Assembly (NCBI GenBank): GCA_012295275.1
Contig: CM022677.1
Location: 17,112,001-17,176,000, forward strand
Source: Chrysomallon squamiferum
Taxonomy: Eukaryota; Animalia; Mollusca
Length of the DNA: 64,000 bases
Reading direction: 5' to 3'
Below are positions 29,989 to 42,430 of the stretch, in pieces (the first letter of the stretch is position 1; every line of letters begins with the position of its first letter). The notes under the pieces were generated by a model that made no database searches, was not told the origin of the DNA, and worked only from the letters and a program-made list of their open reading frames with translations. The position numbers were made by a program, and so were the translations under genes.

Positions 29989-30343
29989 CACTGATCAAAT
30001 TAAAACACTAATAGTTCTCGTTTAGCAAGAAGAGTTCCTTTGTGTGCGCACTCCCGTAAACAGTAAAATACGTAAAACAATATATCTTGGGACAAAATGA
30101 TTTTTACATTTTAAATTGACTCTATACAGTCGTATGTCTTATAAGAAGAGCAAACACTGAAATCTAAATGAAATTTCTAATTCATTTTTTTTTTTTCTTT
30201 AAGATTATGATGAATGGTGAATTACCTGATGAATTTAGATTTTTGTGTATGATAAAATCTGTTTCTGTGTATGTGCCTTTATGTATGTATATAGTTGTGT
30301 GCTTTTAAGTGGCTGTGAGAGTGTCTGTACGTACGTGTTTAGT

Positions 30344-30388
<45 letters not shown>

Positions 30389-30460
30389 ATAGTGTATGTA
30401 TTTCATGTTTTTTTTTTTCCTTCAACATTCTTTCATCAACTCGCAAAAACAGATCCTAAA

Positions 30461-30491
<31 letters not shown>

Positions 30492-30529
30492 CTTCCAGTA
30501 ACTTCCAGGGCCGTTAACTCTGAACTTAC

Positions 30530-30827
30530 CTAAGAACATGTGCACGAGCTTGTTCCTGTAGAACTCGAACGCTTGCAGCGGTCCCATTATGGCGTTACAC
30601 TGCGAGTCCCCGAACCTGACCTCCATGTCATAGCCCGGCAACAACGACCTCTGGTGCGCGTGCATCAGAGCGACCTCTATGGCGGGACGCACGCGCTGGC
30701 TGGAGAACAGACGGCGCGCATCCGCGGGAATAATGAGTGCGATGTGAACGACGTCCCTGGACGGGACAGTGGAAAGTAAAAACACTGCGCAAAACATCAC
30801 AGACAGAGAGACACGTTTTAGCGACAT
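30530..30827 (-). CDS. First coding exon of a natriuretic peptide receptor-like / receptor guanylyl cyclase-type protein (signal peptide plus start of the ANF-receptor ligand-binding domain)
   Basis: ATG at 30827 in an AAAAATG context. Translates MSLKRVSLSVMFCAVFLLSTVPSRDVVHIALIIP...RVRPAIEVAL...LLPGYDMEVRFGDSQCNAIMGPLQAFEFYRNKLVHMFL-G. It has a hydrophobic N-terminus, and the 'RVRPAIEVA', 'DSQC' and 'FLGP' motifs are typical of NPR-family ectodomains. GC content is sharply above background. It ends at the consensus donor AG|GTAAGT (GT at 30529-30528), 298 nt, phase 1. Confidence 0.93.
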
Positions 30828-30949
30828 TTTTTCACGTTTTTAATTCTCACTTCTGGGAATTTTTTTTTTTTTTTTTTTCTTTCTTTTTTTTTATTCCAGA
30901 TTCTTGCAGGAGGCGCTGGAACATTCAGTAATCCACCCAACAGAAGATG
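30828..30949 (-). other. Probable 5'UTR part of the ATG-containing exon, preceded by a candidate splice acceptor
   Basis: The minus strand reads T17-GGTTACAG|CATCTTCTG (AG at 30951-30950), a strong polypyrimidine tract plus CAG. Alternatively this is continuous 5'UTR from a promoter near 31.1 kb. Confidence 0.5.
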
Positions 30950-31087
30950 CTGTAACCAAAAAAAAAAAAAAAAACCAGCCGTAAATCACGTTAACAGATC
31001 CGATATAATACAGGGAGCGAAATATTCGTCCATCACGGAGTTAAACGAACCGTGAACTGCCGGCGGCGTATCCCACGTACACTGTTT

Positions 31088-31151
31088 GTGAATGTTACGT
31101 CATCAAGTGAACGTTACGTCATCAAGTGAAGTGTTACGTCATCAAGTGAAC
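31088..31151. promoter_or_regulatory. Three tandem 19-20 bp units, each carrying a CRE/ATF-like site (TTACGTCA = TGACGTAA)
   Basis: GTTACGTCATCAAGTGAA occurs at 31094, 31113 and 31133, about 270-320 nt upstream of the ATG. The repeat is directly visible; the regulatory role is inferred. Confidence 0.55.
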
Positions 31152-31435
31152 TGTATCTGCGTGCGCGATTATTTGTGAACGGTATATTCTTGAAACATCG
31201 TTTGTAAATAAATAGCAAACAGACTGAATCTACGAAAGGTTATTACTGAATGGTATTTTCCGTATCAAAAACAAAAAATAATAATTACTCTGTATAAGAT
31301 CATATTTTTCAGTCGCTACTGGTAAATATTTTACTTATCAAACGATATTTATATTTATGTAAGTTTTATTCATGAATGGCTTATTCTTCAAACCACTGGT
31401 TGTAAAATATTCCCTTGTCAGACGAAGTTAATGTA

Positions 31436-31515
31436 CAGAAGTCGTAGAATTATCGTTGAACTGTCGTAGACTTGTCGCAGAATTATCGTAGAATTGTCGT
31501 AGAATTGTCGTAACA
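31436..31515. repeat. 11-bp tandem repeat (TGTCGTAGAAT), about 7 degenerate copies
   Basis: Directly visible. Confidence 0.8.
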
Positions 31516-33250
31516 AATGCCGTAGTCTCTAAACATAACTTGCATCGCATTAAACCAGTTAGATGGATGAAAATGTAAGATAAATATCAACTGATTTCTC
31601 CACAAAGGAATTTAAAACTGTATATTCTTACTGATGGGGAAAATATAATTATTTTCTTTTCACGTTTTAACAAAGATTTGTATCTACGTAACGCTATCGT
31701 AAAACTCACAATCTTCTATTTTCGCATTGAACTCGGTCAGATGAAGCATAAAGCAAATGTTCAGTTTACTTGCCGTCAACCGAACCATAAAAGAAATAAG
31801 ATATTACAGGGAGGTGTGTTAACCAAACACCGTTTTCTGTCTTTACACACTGTCGTACGGAGCAGTTTTTATGTTTTCATTGACAGATAACAATGCGGAA
31901 GGCAAATTTACTTAATCCCATTTCTCTGAAACTGTCAAAGTATTCACTGCTGATAAAGTGGTTGCCTAGTTCCCTGGTTTACATCCATAAACTGCGAAAC
32001 ATTATTATAATCCCTTAATGCATGTATAAACATATATCTTCCATGCAATTTTACGTTACATATAATCCTTTATGGTAAAGTTTACGTAATATCCAGTGAA
32101 GATCAGAAGAAAGGTAAAATTGTTTTTTCTGTAATCTAGAGATAAGAAAGAAAAAATATATTTTATGCAGATGACAAAAATAATTTCATTGAACACACAC
32201 TGTTAGTTACACATGCGACAGAATTTCGCTGTATTTTTTTTTGTTGTAGCTTTCAACGAAGTAATTCATAGTGGTCTTTCAGTTATCGAACTAATCCGTT
32301 TTTGTTGTTTTTTGATGATAAAAAACAAAACAATTCTCTAACAAATGCAGCGCTGTTGTAAATAAAAAAAGAATCTTGTCAAACAAATCCGATGTTTGTG
32401 ATAAAAACAATAGCCTAACGAATCAAGACTTGATGGCAGAAAATCCGCTGTCACCTCACTAGCGACAACAATATCAAATGCAACTGTATGTAACTGTTTA
32501 TGTGCCTGAAATAAAACTTCTTTTTTTTTACAAGGATATCTCCAATATGAGCATTACGAATTCGTATTTGATTTGGTCGCTGAAGCTTTGCACATATCTG
32601 AATGAAACGTGATAGTTCTTACCGAAGATCAATTTGGAAAATAAGAAATATGAATAAGTTGGTTTTCTGATTAATAAATATCTGGATATTTGTTAATTTC
32701 TTGCACATCAATGAAAACAGCAAACTGGTTTAGCTTTGATGTATAAGCACTTACGATATAAAAAAAATATCCACAAACTGTTTATTATCAAACTTCTTCA
32801 ATACAAGAATTTTCAGTTGTTTTTCAGTTGCTTTTTTTATAATACATACAACACAGAAATATACCAGCACTTTTTTATACGATATTCTTCAACATCAGAA
32901 CACGATTTTCTTTTGGATTTTCCTGAAACCAAATAATCGCTTACGACATCAACAACTGCGTCGTTGTGGCCAAAACGAACTACAGCGTAAACGCTGGCTC
33001 GGACGCAGTTGTTACCTCGATTGCAGTTGTCAACGCGGACGCCGTTGATACGTAAGAGAGGCAATAAAGTTTGTTTGTTTTTCGCGACACTTTGTCGTAA
33101 AGTGTTTGACTTTGTCGTAAAAGCCTCTGCGTAGCCGAGTTCTTTTCAGTCCGCCAGAGATAACACTTCTTGGTCCATTCACGTATTTCACACTCGTCGA
33201 GATATCTCAGTAGTTCACACAGGTACACACGCTCAGTTACAGTTCTTCTA

Positions 33251-33440
33251 CAAATACGTTCTGTCTGCCGTTTGAATGTGTGTAACTGATGTTTTCGTTG
33301 CTGCAGTTATAAGTCTTTTGAAAATACGTTCTTTCTGCCGTTTGAATGTGTGTAACTGATGTATTCGTTGCTGCAGTTATAAGTCTTTTGAAAATACGTT
33401 CTTTCTGCCGTTTGAATGTCTATAACTGATGTGTTTGCTG
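33251..33440. repeat. 70-bp tandem repeat, about 2.7 near-identical copies
   Basis: AAATACGTTCT.TCTGCCGTTTGAATGTGTGTAACTGATGT.TTCGTTGCTGCAGTTATAAGTCTTTTGA starting at 33252, 33322 and 33392. Confidence 0.92.
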
Positions 33441-34472
33441 TTGCTGCTGCTGTTGTTGTTGTCGTTTTCTTCGTTTGCTTGTTTATTATTTTTTTCATTC
33501 ATGTATTCACTCATATGGAGATTAAACTATTTCACGTAGGTACATACGTATTTTTTTCTGTAGATACGTTCTGTGAAGCAGTTGTTGTTAATAATCGAGT
33601 TTGTTCAATTATTTCTTTATTTGGCTTCTTTTTCATTCGTGTTTATTCACGAATTTCACACATTTTTAAATATACCCGTATATGACACGGGTAGATAATA
33701 TTTATAGTAACGTTCAGTAAAGTCCTATTGATGATAATCTAGTTGATATACTTTTACTTTTTATATATCAACATTGTTTCAGAGATGTTCTTCATATGTG
33801 CCACATAGGTAAACAGGTATAGTAATGTGTCTATAATATTAATGTTTTACTGTGCATAAAATTGTTTAGATAAAATATTATTTCATTCCTATTTCAAATA
33901 CGTTTTTTTATAATATTTTAGGTATCACTTCGTTTTTTGTTTTTTTTTCTAATATATTCCTCGTAAGAGACAAAAGCAATGATTTTTTTTTTATATCGAT
34001 AATGCATTATTAATATAGTTAATACATTGTCTTTGTATCAAATTATCCACTTCATTTCACTTCGTTTAGTCTCATTCACTATTTCAGAATATAACGTATC
34101 GATATAACTCTGCTTAAATGTTATATCCTTTTAGTAGATGTTATATCCGTGCACAAATGTAATTTCTGTGATATTTCTGTTACATCCGTGTTTGTTCACG
34201 TTTTACTTATTCAGATATCAAACATAATTCGCTCATGTAGGTTTGTACAAAGAGTTGTGTTATATATTGTGTTCTGCGCTTAGTCGTACACGTTTTAACC
34301 TTGCAGAGAAAACGAGTTCATTGAATTCATGTTTCGCACGAGAATTTCATTCAGAAATCACGTTAAGTCAAACACACTGGAACAGATTATACTGTATACC
34401 GTAATCCGTGTAATAGTACTGAGTTCAGTTATCATTCGTGTCATTTATTTATTCTTTCTTGTTTCAATCGTG

Positions 34473-34540
<68 letters not shown>

Positions 34541-35580
34541 CACGTCTTACAACACTTTTTTTATACTAATATATCAGTAAAGTTGCGGATGTTTTTAAAT
34601 TCCGTTTTCGACAACAGTTATGGATAACGATTTGTTTTTGTGCGACCGCAAAACTTTCTTATTTCTTTTATGTATTTTCCTTTTCGTTTTTCTGTTTCCC
34701 TTTTCTTATTGTTTAAGTGTCACTCTTATATGTCACAATGTTCCGTTCATTACTTATTTTCATACACAACAAATAGAGATAATACGTATAATACACTAAA
34801 ATGACGTCACAGATGAATATAACTCATAAAGCGAGGTATAACTCATCTTTTCCTTTGCTGCACAGTGATCTATGACGTCAACTGTGGGTGTTTTGTGAAA
34901 ATGACGTCACAGTTGTCTATAGTTTGTAAAACACTATGTTCATCTTCTCACTTGATACAAACAAATTATGTTGACGAAAATCTTAAGAAGAACTTGTACA
35001 TCACTCAGTAATGTAGTTATTTCGAAAACACTTTTTTTCTTCGTTTTGTTGAAGGGAATTTATTTTCAAAAAAAAATGTAAAACTACCGCAAAGTCGTCC
35101 TACATTTCCTGCCAAAAGATAACCATGTTAATTATAATACTTTTTTCATTTGACTATTTTGTTATCTAAAATTAATATATTACTTATATAATAATAACAA
35201 CGTAAAATATACTAATTCAGATATAGCTTACAATCAATGCTCCTGACTTTTAAAAATCGTCAATAAAATTAAAAATTTGTTTATTATATCGTTTCCTGAA
35301 GTCTTGCTGCTGCAATTTGGTTCTACTTCACTTTGAATGGAAAAACATCGAAAATCAATTTGAACAATTCCGTTTAACTACACAACATTCTCTTTACAAT
35401 ACACATCAGATGCTTCAGAACTTTTTTAACAAATGTATTATATTATTTTTTTTTTTTTTTAATCAATTTCGAGGATAATTGCCGCACAATTTTTTTTTAT
35501 TGAATATTGTTCCATATGGTGTAGTAATTGTTGTATGAAAAAATTTTAATAGTACATTTTCTTGCTTGTTTTCTGTTTTT

Positions 35581-35630
<50 letters not shown>

Positions 35631-35901
35631 TTTTGAAAATCAATATTACAGTTTCATTTTAAATTTACTTCCGTGAAGAGAGAATAAAATAAAAGTATTT
35701 TAATGACTGATCTATTTTTAATTAACTTCAAGAGGATGGATATAAATGTTGTTAATGTTTTTCAATCAAATCCAAATTATGTTCTGATGTTTGATGTGTC
35801 TAGATCATTAGTTTAATATAATATTTGTTTCTGTGTTTTAAATATTTATGTTTTATTGATCCGAACTGATAGGATTATATTGATTTTATATATTTATAAC
35901 G

Positions 35902-35938
<37 letters not shown>

Positions 35939-36165
35939 TTAATAATGAATGAGATATTCAGTTTAACAATACAGGTTCATTAAAACTTTAAAGTGAATGA
36001 TAGATAATTGTTATTTTTCTTTCATCTTTAACTTATTGCTGTGTTAGATCTGAATTGGGTTTGATTACCATTTATCGATTTAGTCATGGCTTACAAATCT
36101 ACTGTTATTTTTGATTCTCTTATAATTTGTTTTGTTATATCATTCGTAAATTAATATAGTCGTTT

Positions 36166-36208
<43 letters not shown>

Positions 36209-39200
36209 GAGAAATAGCAAAGAAGGAAAGATTAAAAAGTAAACGAATAGAAACAGATAATTTTATTATATTTATTATTTCAATTATTTATTTATTTAAT
36301 CTTTTTACATAATAATTATTTTTTTTTATTTATATATATTTTTTTCCAGTATTATCCTTTTATTACATTTTATTATATTTATATTTTATATTTTTGTATT
36401 ATTTCATTTATTTTTTTCCTCTTTTTATATCTTTTTAATTTTTATTGTAATTAATTATTATTTTTAACAACCATTTACAAATACCTTAACAATATCTAAA
36501 ATACATTACCACTGAAACAACCACATAGATTAAAAACCAATTCCACAAAAATAAACCGTTATTCAAACAAAGCTAAAACCCATCTGCATTAGTTTCGTAC
36601 TTTTCTGCACAAGCCTAATTACCAGCATTTAAACATCTGTAACTATACACAGACGTAACTTTACTTACACAGTTTATATACCTGTACAGGTTAACTACAC
36701 ATCTTTACCTGTCCGTGTTTACACAGGTGTGCATTTTGAACCGCGATAATATTTATACAACTAAGTAGTCTGTACTCGTTTTGTTTATGTTCGTGTAAAC
36801 TATATGCACTATTTATATATCATGTTTTCTTAGTTTTACCTGTATTGTTTACTTGTGTGTTCTGTAATACATAAACACGTCGTATTTTAACCTGTACCTG
36901 AATTAGTTAATTCTATATATTATACAGGTAAGTATTGTAATCAGTATGTAGGTAAAACTTGTATACTCTTCCTGTTTTGTCTACAGGTGAGTTAATTATA
37001 AACGTTACCTGTGCTTATTACGTACATAGGTACTTTTATAAACAATACTTGTTTTGTAAATCAGGATATTTATAGAATAGCTACAGTTAAACGCCCTGTC
37101 TTTGTCGTATTTCTATATATTACTGCAAACTTACCTGTAATGTAAATATTGAATGTAGATTATAGATTAAAAATGCTACCTGTATTGTTTATACAAGTGT
37201 ATGCTCTGTACTATACCTTTAGGATATATATAACATTTACACAGATCCAGTTTTTTACTAAATTTGTAATAATTACTGTTAAATATTTTAAAATCAAAAT
37301 ATTTAAACTTCTAATATTTATAAGCATAAATGAACTAAAGCATGAAGTGTTTAAAGCTTTGAGAATTTTAAATTTCACCTGCTTATTTATAAAACAATAT
37401 ATATAATATATATATACTTTCCAAACAGATCTTCTACATGCGAATTCTAAACTTACATATATATATATATAATGATTATATATATTCAAAACTTTACCTT
37501 CTGTATGTAAATTCTAAACTCTACCTGCTTGGTCATAAACGACTACATTTTAAAATACATTTTTTTTTACAGGTAAATAATTAACAGGTGTGAAATCTAA
37601 ATTTTTACCTGCTAGTTTTTTTAAGATCACAAAACTCGTCAATAATCTCAGATCCCGTGTCGGACAAGTATCCCTAGATTATCCACAGATAATCCTGCGC
37701 GGTGATAATCCTAATCCAGAAGATCAAAGAGACTCGTCGCAGCTTTGCTTGAAGGTGTTAAAGTGCAGTCACGTGACCAAAGGGATTAGTGTTACCTGCT
37801 GTTTAACGTGTTAACGTGTCAGTGATAATCAAGTGAAATGCGCATGACTGTAATCAGTCATCCGTGACTGTGAATTGCGTCACGATTTTTAATCGATCTC
37901 AACAAACAAAAAAATATCTGTTTCCTCTCTTTTGTGTGGCTTTGTTCAACCGAATATGATTTTTAATATTTAATCACAAAAAAAAATAAACTGCAGATAA
38001 TTATCACTGAAGCATTTTTAAAATCTTTTTTTTAGGAGGGGGTGGGGGGGTTCCTGACCACTTCGTAAAATGTATTCCGTGAAATCTTCTTTTCCTTGGA
38101 AATGATTTTTTTTTTTTTTTTTTACTATTCTTTACTCGTCAAGAACTCAGGTTATAATCTTTCTACTTAGCATTATTCAAAGAGCTATCATTCCTATTCC
38201 TGAATGACGAAAGTTCCTAAAAATCGCAGAATTCCTGAATCTTCTGTATCTTATTTATTGGCTTCTTTAGATTAATGTTTCCAAATTCCTTATTTTTCGA
38301 AAGCTTAGTAATTCTGTATTTCAATTCCTTATTCCTTCTTCTTCGACTGATGTTATTCCTTATACCTAATTATTATTTTTTAATTTCTAGCTCCTTAATT
38401 CCTTCAATTTCTTCCCATAAGCTTCAGTGATATTAACAACTGGTGTTGAATTCCTTTCTTTTATGATTATCAAATTATTAAAATAATTATATTACCTTCA
38501 CTTCCTGAATCCTTGTGCTTCTGTTCTGTTGAGAATATTCCGTTCTTCTTGTTCCTTAATTCACAAATAGCTTGATTCCTAACCATTCAATTCCTTTACT
38601 TCGTGTCGTTATATTTTATTCATGAAAATATCTTCTTCCTTAAACTTCCAAAAATATCCAGGAATCATAATATTACTTTATTCCTTGCTATTTCCGGTAT
38701 TACTTGACAACTTGTCTGATTATATGTCGATAAATCTTTTTTTTTTTTTCACACGATTTTCTTGGTGACAGAAAAGAATTAATTGAAAATATGATAATCT
38801 TTCCTGTAATACCTCCTTTCTGGTCTATTAAATTTATAAAATTAATATTTAAATCCTTCTTCATGCATAATTAAATCAACATTTTTTTCCATAATACAGA
38901 TCGATTTTTGTTTTTTGATTTTTTTTAACTGCAAAGGAAACACATGTTCTCGTCTGCTCCTAAAAATTTTCTTTTTTCTTTTCTTTTCTTCCTTCAGTAA
39001 TCATATTCAGAAATTTTAACTCTTCTGAAAAATAAACATTTTTTTTTTTTTTTTTTCTCCATCCACTTATATCGCGGCCATTTACACCCAAAACGTCCCA
39101 AAACAGAACTGAGCACTGAAAACTATGATCCGCCTAATCCGACAAGTACCAGTTCATGTTCTGCTGTAAATCCAACCCACTAACTAACGCACCGATACAA

Positions 39201-39494
39201 CAAAAAAAAAAAATCGAACAGTCCGCCGCAAGCCAGTTGGCACTCTACTACGCTAGCTGGTTTGTGTTACGTGTTCGCTATCAAGCGTGGTACGTAATTG
39301 AAGCGGTCAAACGTAAGTGCTACGACCCCGAAATACGACTCGGATTTACGGCGAGTTTCGTGTCTCTCTCTGTGTGTGTTTGTATGTGTTAGACGATGGT
39401 TGTATATGGAACGAGGCGCTAAGCGTAAAATAGGTAACGTGGAGCAAGATATGTCGACTGTGTTTAGATAATATTTCATTCGGCGGTTTCCTCC

Positions 39495-40011
<517 letters not shown>

Positions 40012-41029
40012 GTGGACTGATGAAAGTGTAAACGGATAAATTGAGAAACTGATAAAGTTGTCCTTCTGACTTGAACAGTTAAAGTTTTATTGGAGTCTGT
40101 TTTATGACATTATCCTAGCTCTAGAAGATATCATCATCTTCATTCATCATCATCATCATCATCACCTCTTCATCATCATTATTTTAAATTCATTACCAAT
40201 ATAAAGTCACCGTCGTTGTCCCAATTTTAACTTCATTACCAATATATTCTATCGTTGTCCCAATATCTTATACCCTCTCAGTTACTATCGTTGATAATGA
40301 ACAGCTAACTAACGTGAACCAGTGGAACCTGTACATTCTGTTCATACTCTAAAACAGCCCTGGCAACTAAGCGAGGTTACATCCACCTCTGAAAGACACA
40401 TTCCATATTCATAGAAACAGACAGACGTTTTGACAGCGTGACTTATCTGATTGAATAACTCGCTGACTGGAAAGAGAACTGTTACGTATTAGTAGTAAAG
40501 AATTTTATTATTTTTTTTTTTTTTTTTTTCGCATGGTCATTGCCAAATAAAAGAAAAAAACATTCCAAGATCACTGATGCCTTAAATTTGGCTGGAGGGA
40601 AAACAGAATAATAGAGAATATGATCTGAGTCGTTCACAAATGATTTGAAAAGGCAGAGTTAAGGACTGGTTCTACGGCGTATAAGGTTTTGTGCAGTGTT
40701 ACGAATATCACATTGAAAATTAATTGAGGCAATACTGCCAGTGTCAGACAGTGCATTAGTTCAAGCAATATTACCAGCGTCAGTGTCAGTATTATTAATT
40801 ACCAATGTCATTTAATTCGTTAGTCAGTATTACCAGCGTCAGCGGAAATGTTGCCAGTGTCAGTCAGTTTATTAATTATGGCAATATTACGTGGGTCAGT
40901 CAGTGTTTTAATACATATAATATTACCAATATCAAAGTAATAACTTTTTTTAATTTTTTTGTTTTTTTCGAATCTATTTTATTAGGAGTATATGTTTTTA
41001 TTTTCTTTTTTGTTTTATAGTTATAGAGG

Positions 41030-41062
<33 letters not shown>

Positions 41063-41941
41063 TATAAATATATTTATATTTGGACCAACAGAACTGACCA
41101 TGCATCAGGTACGTTATCATCATAATGATAATACGTCGTCATCATCATCATCATCATCATCATCATTATCATTACAAACTGATTTACTGTACTGAACAAC
41201 AACATCCTTTATCGCGGAAGCCAAGAAACCGACCATAAGAACGCGTCAACATCAACATCAACAACATCAACATCATCATCATAATTCATAAGCCACCGAG
41301 TCAGAAATCTGACAATAAACATCGATAAACCATCGACGCATCACAATCAACATCATCTCAATCTTCATCGTACAATCGTTACCACTACGACTGTGTTTAA
41401 ACGCGCACACAAAACTTCACCGCTGCCCTACACAAACACCATTGTTAATGCAACAAAACTGAATCCAATAACTCAACCCAATGAAAAAAAAAAAAAAAAA
41501 AAAAAAACATCACACGCAGCAAAAAGACGCGAAAGCCAAGCACGATATAAGGTGCCAAAACCGGATATCCACCATTTTCGTTTCTTCCTTATTTCTGGGC
41601 TCCGCCATCGATAAGCGCACCGGTCTGGGATACCGCCAGACTGCTGGCTGTTTGTTCAACTAACGGAAGACTCCGTTTGTTTGTGTGGTTTGAGTTTGAA
41701 TAGCTGACTCGCCGCTCTGCCTCGCGGTCGTTTATGAATCTATAATCTTCGGAACCGATCGTTTTTTTCCCATTCTCTGTATCACGAGCATCGATGATCT
41801 ACGACGACAATTGATAGTGTGCAAAGCAGCTGTCGTGATATACGACGACACGTATATAATCATTGATGTCGGCATTTCATGAACTCCAGTATTTCAGAAG
41901 TGAATTTGTCTGTGTGAGGGAGAGGGGGGGAGGGAGGAAGG

Positions 41942-41996
<55 letters not shown>

Positions 41997-42083
41997 ACAC
42001 ACACACACAAACACAAATATACATACATACACAGACAAACAGACAGGTTGGAGAGGAGGGAGGGAGGGGAGGGGATAAAGGGA

Positions 42084-42127
<44 letters not shown>

Positions 42128-42164
42128 TTAATGTAAGAATAGATGTTCTTTTGCGTGTCGGAGT

Positions 42165-42228
<64 letters not shown>

Positions 42229-42231
<3 letters not shown>

Positions 42232-42430
42232 GCGAGCGAGCAGTTTTTAATTACCTAGCTTAACAAAACTCGGAGGACCAAACTGTGTCGACGTCACGTC
42301 ATTGTACGTTAATCCAATCAGATCGTCTCGGGGTCGTAACTAGGACACGCCATCACGCGCGAGCTACGTCTCGCCTCCCATTGGTCAGCCGACGATAATT
42401 AAATGACGTCAAAGGCAAGAAAGAGAATTA
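42229..42430. promoter_or_regulatory. CpG-rich promoter-like element (CRE plus two CCAAT boxes)
   Basis: TGACGTCA at 42404-42411, CGACGTCACGTCA at 42289-42301, CCAAT at 42314-42318 and ATTGG at 42380-42384, with high local CpG density. Confidence 0.5.

Noticed and set aside
30540-30779. Plus-strand 79-aa ORF antisense to exon 1
   Set aside because: Antisense shadow of a GC3-rich exon.
32927-33054. Codon-like plus-strand frame (NQIIAYDINNCVVVAKTNYSVNAGSDAVVTSIAVVNADAVDT*) followed by AATAAA
   Set aside because: An in-frame TGA lies immediately upstream, there is no ATG or convincing acceptor, and the peptide is not recognisable.
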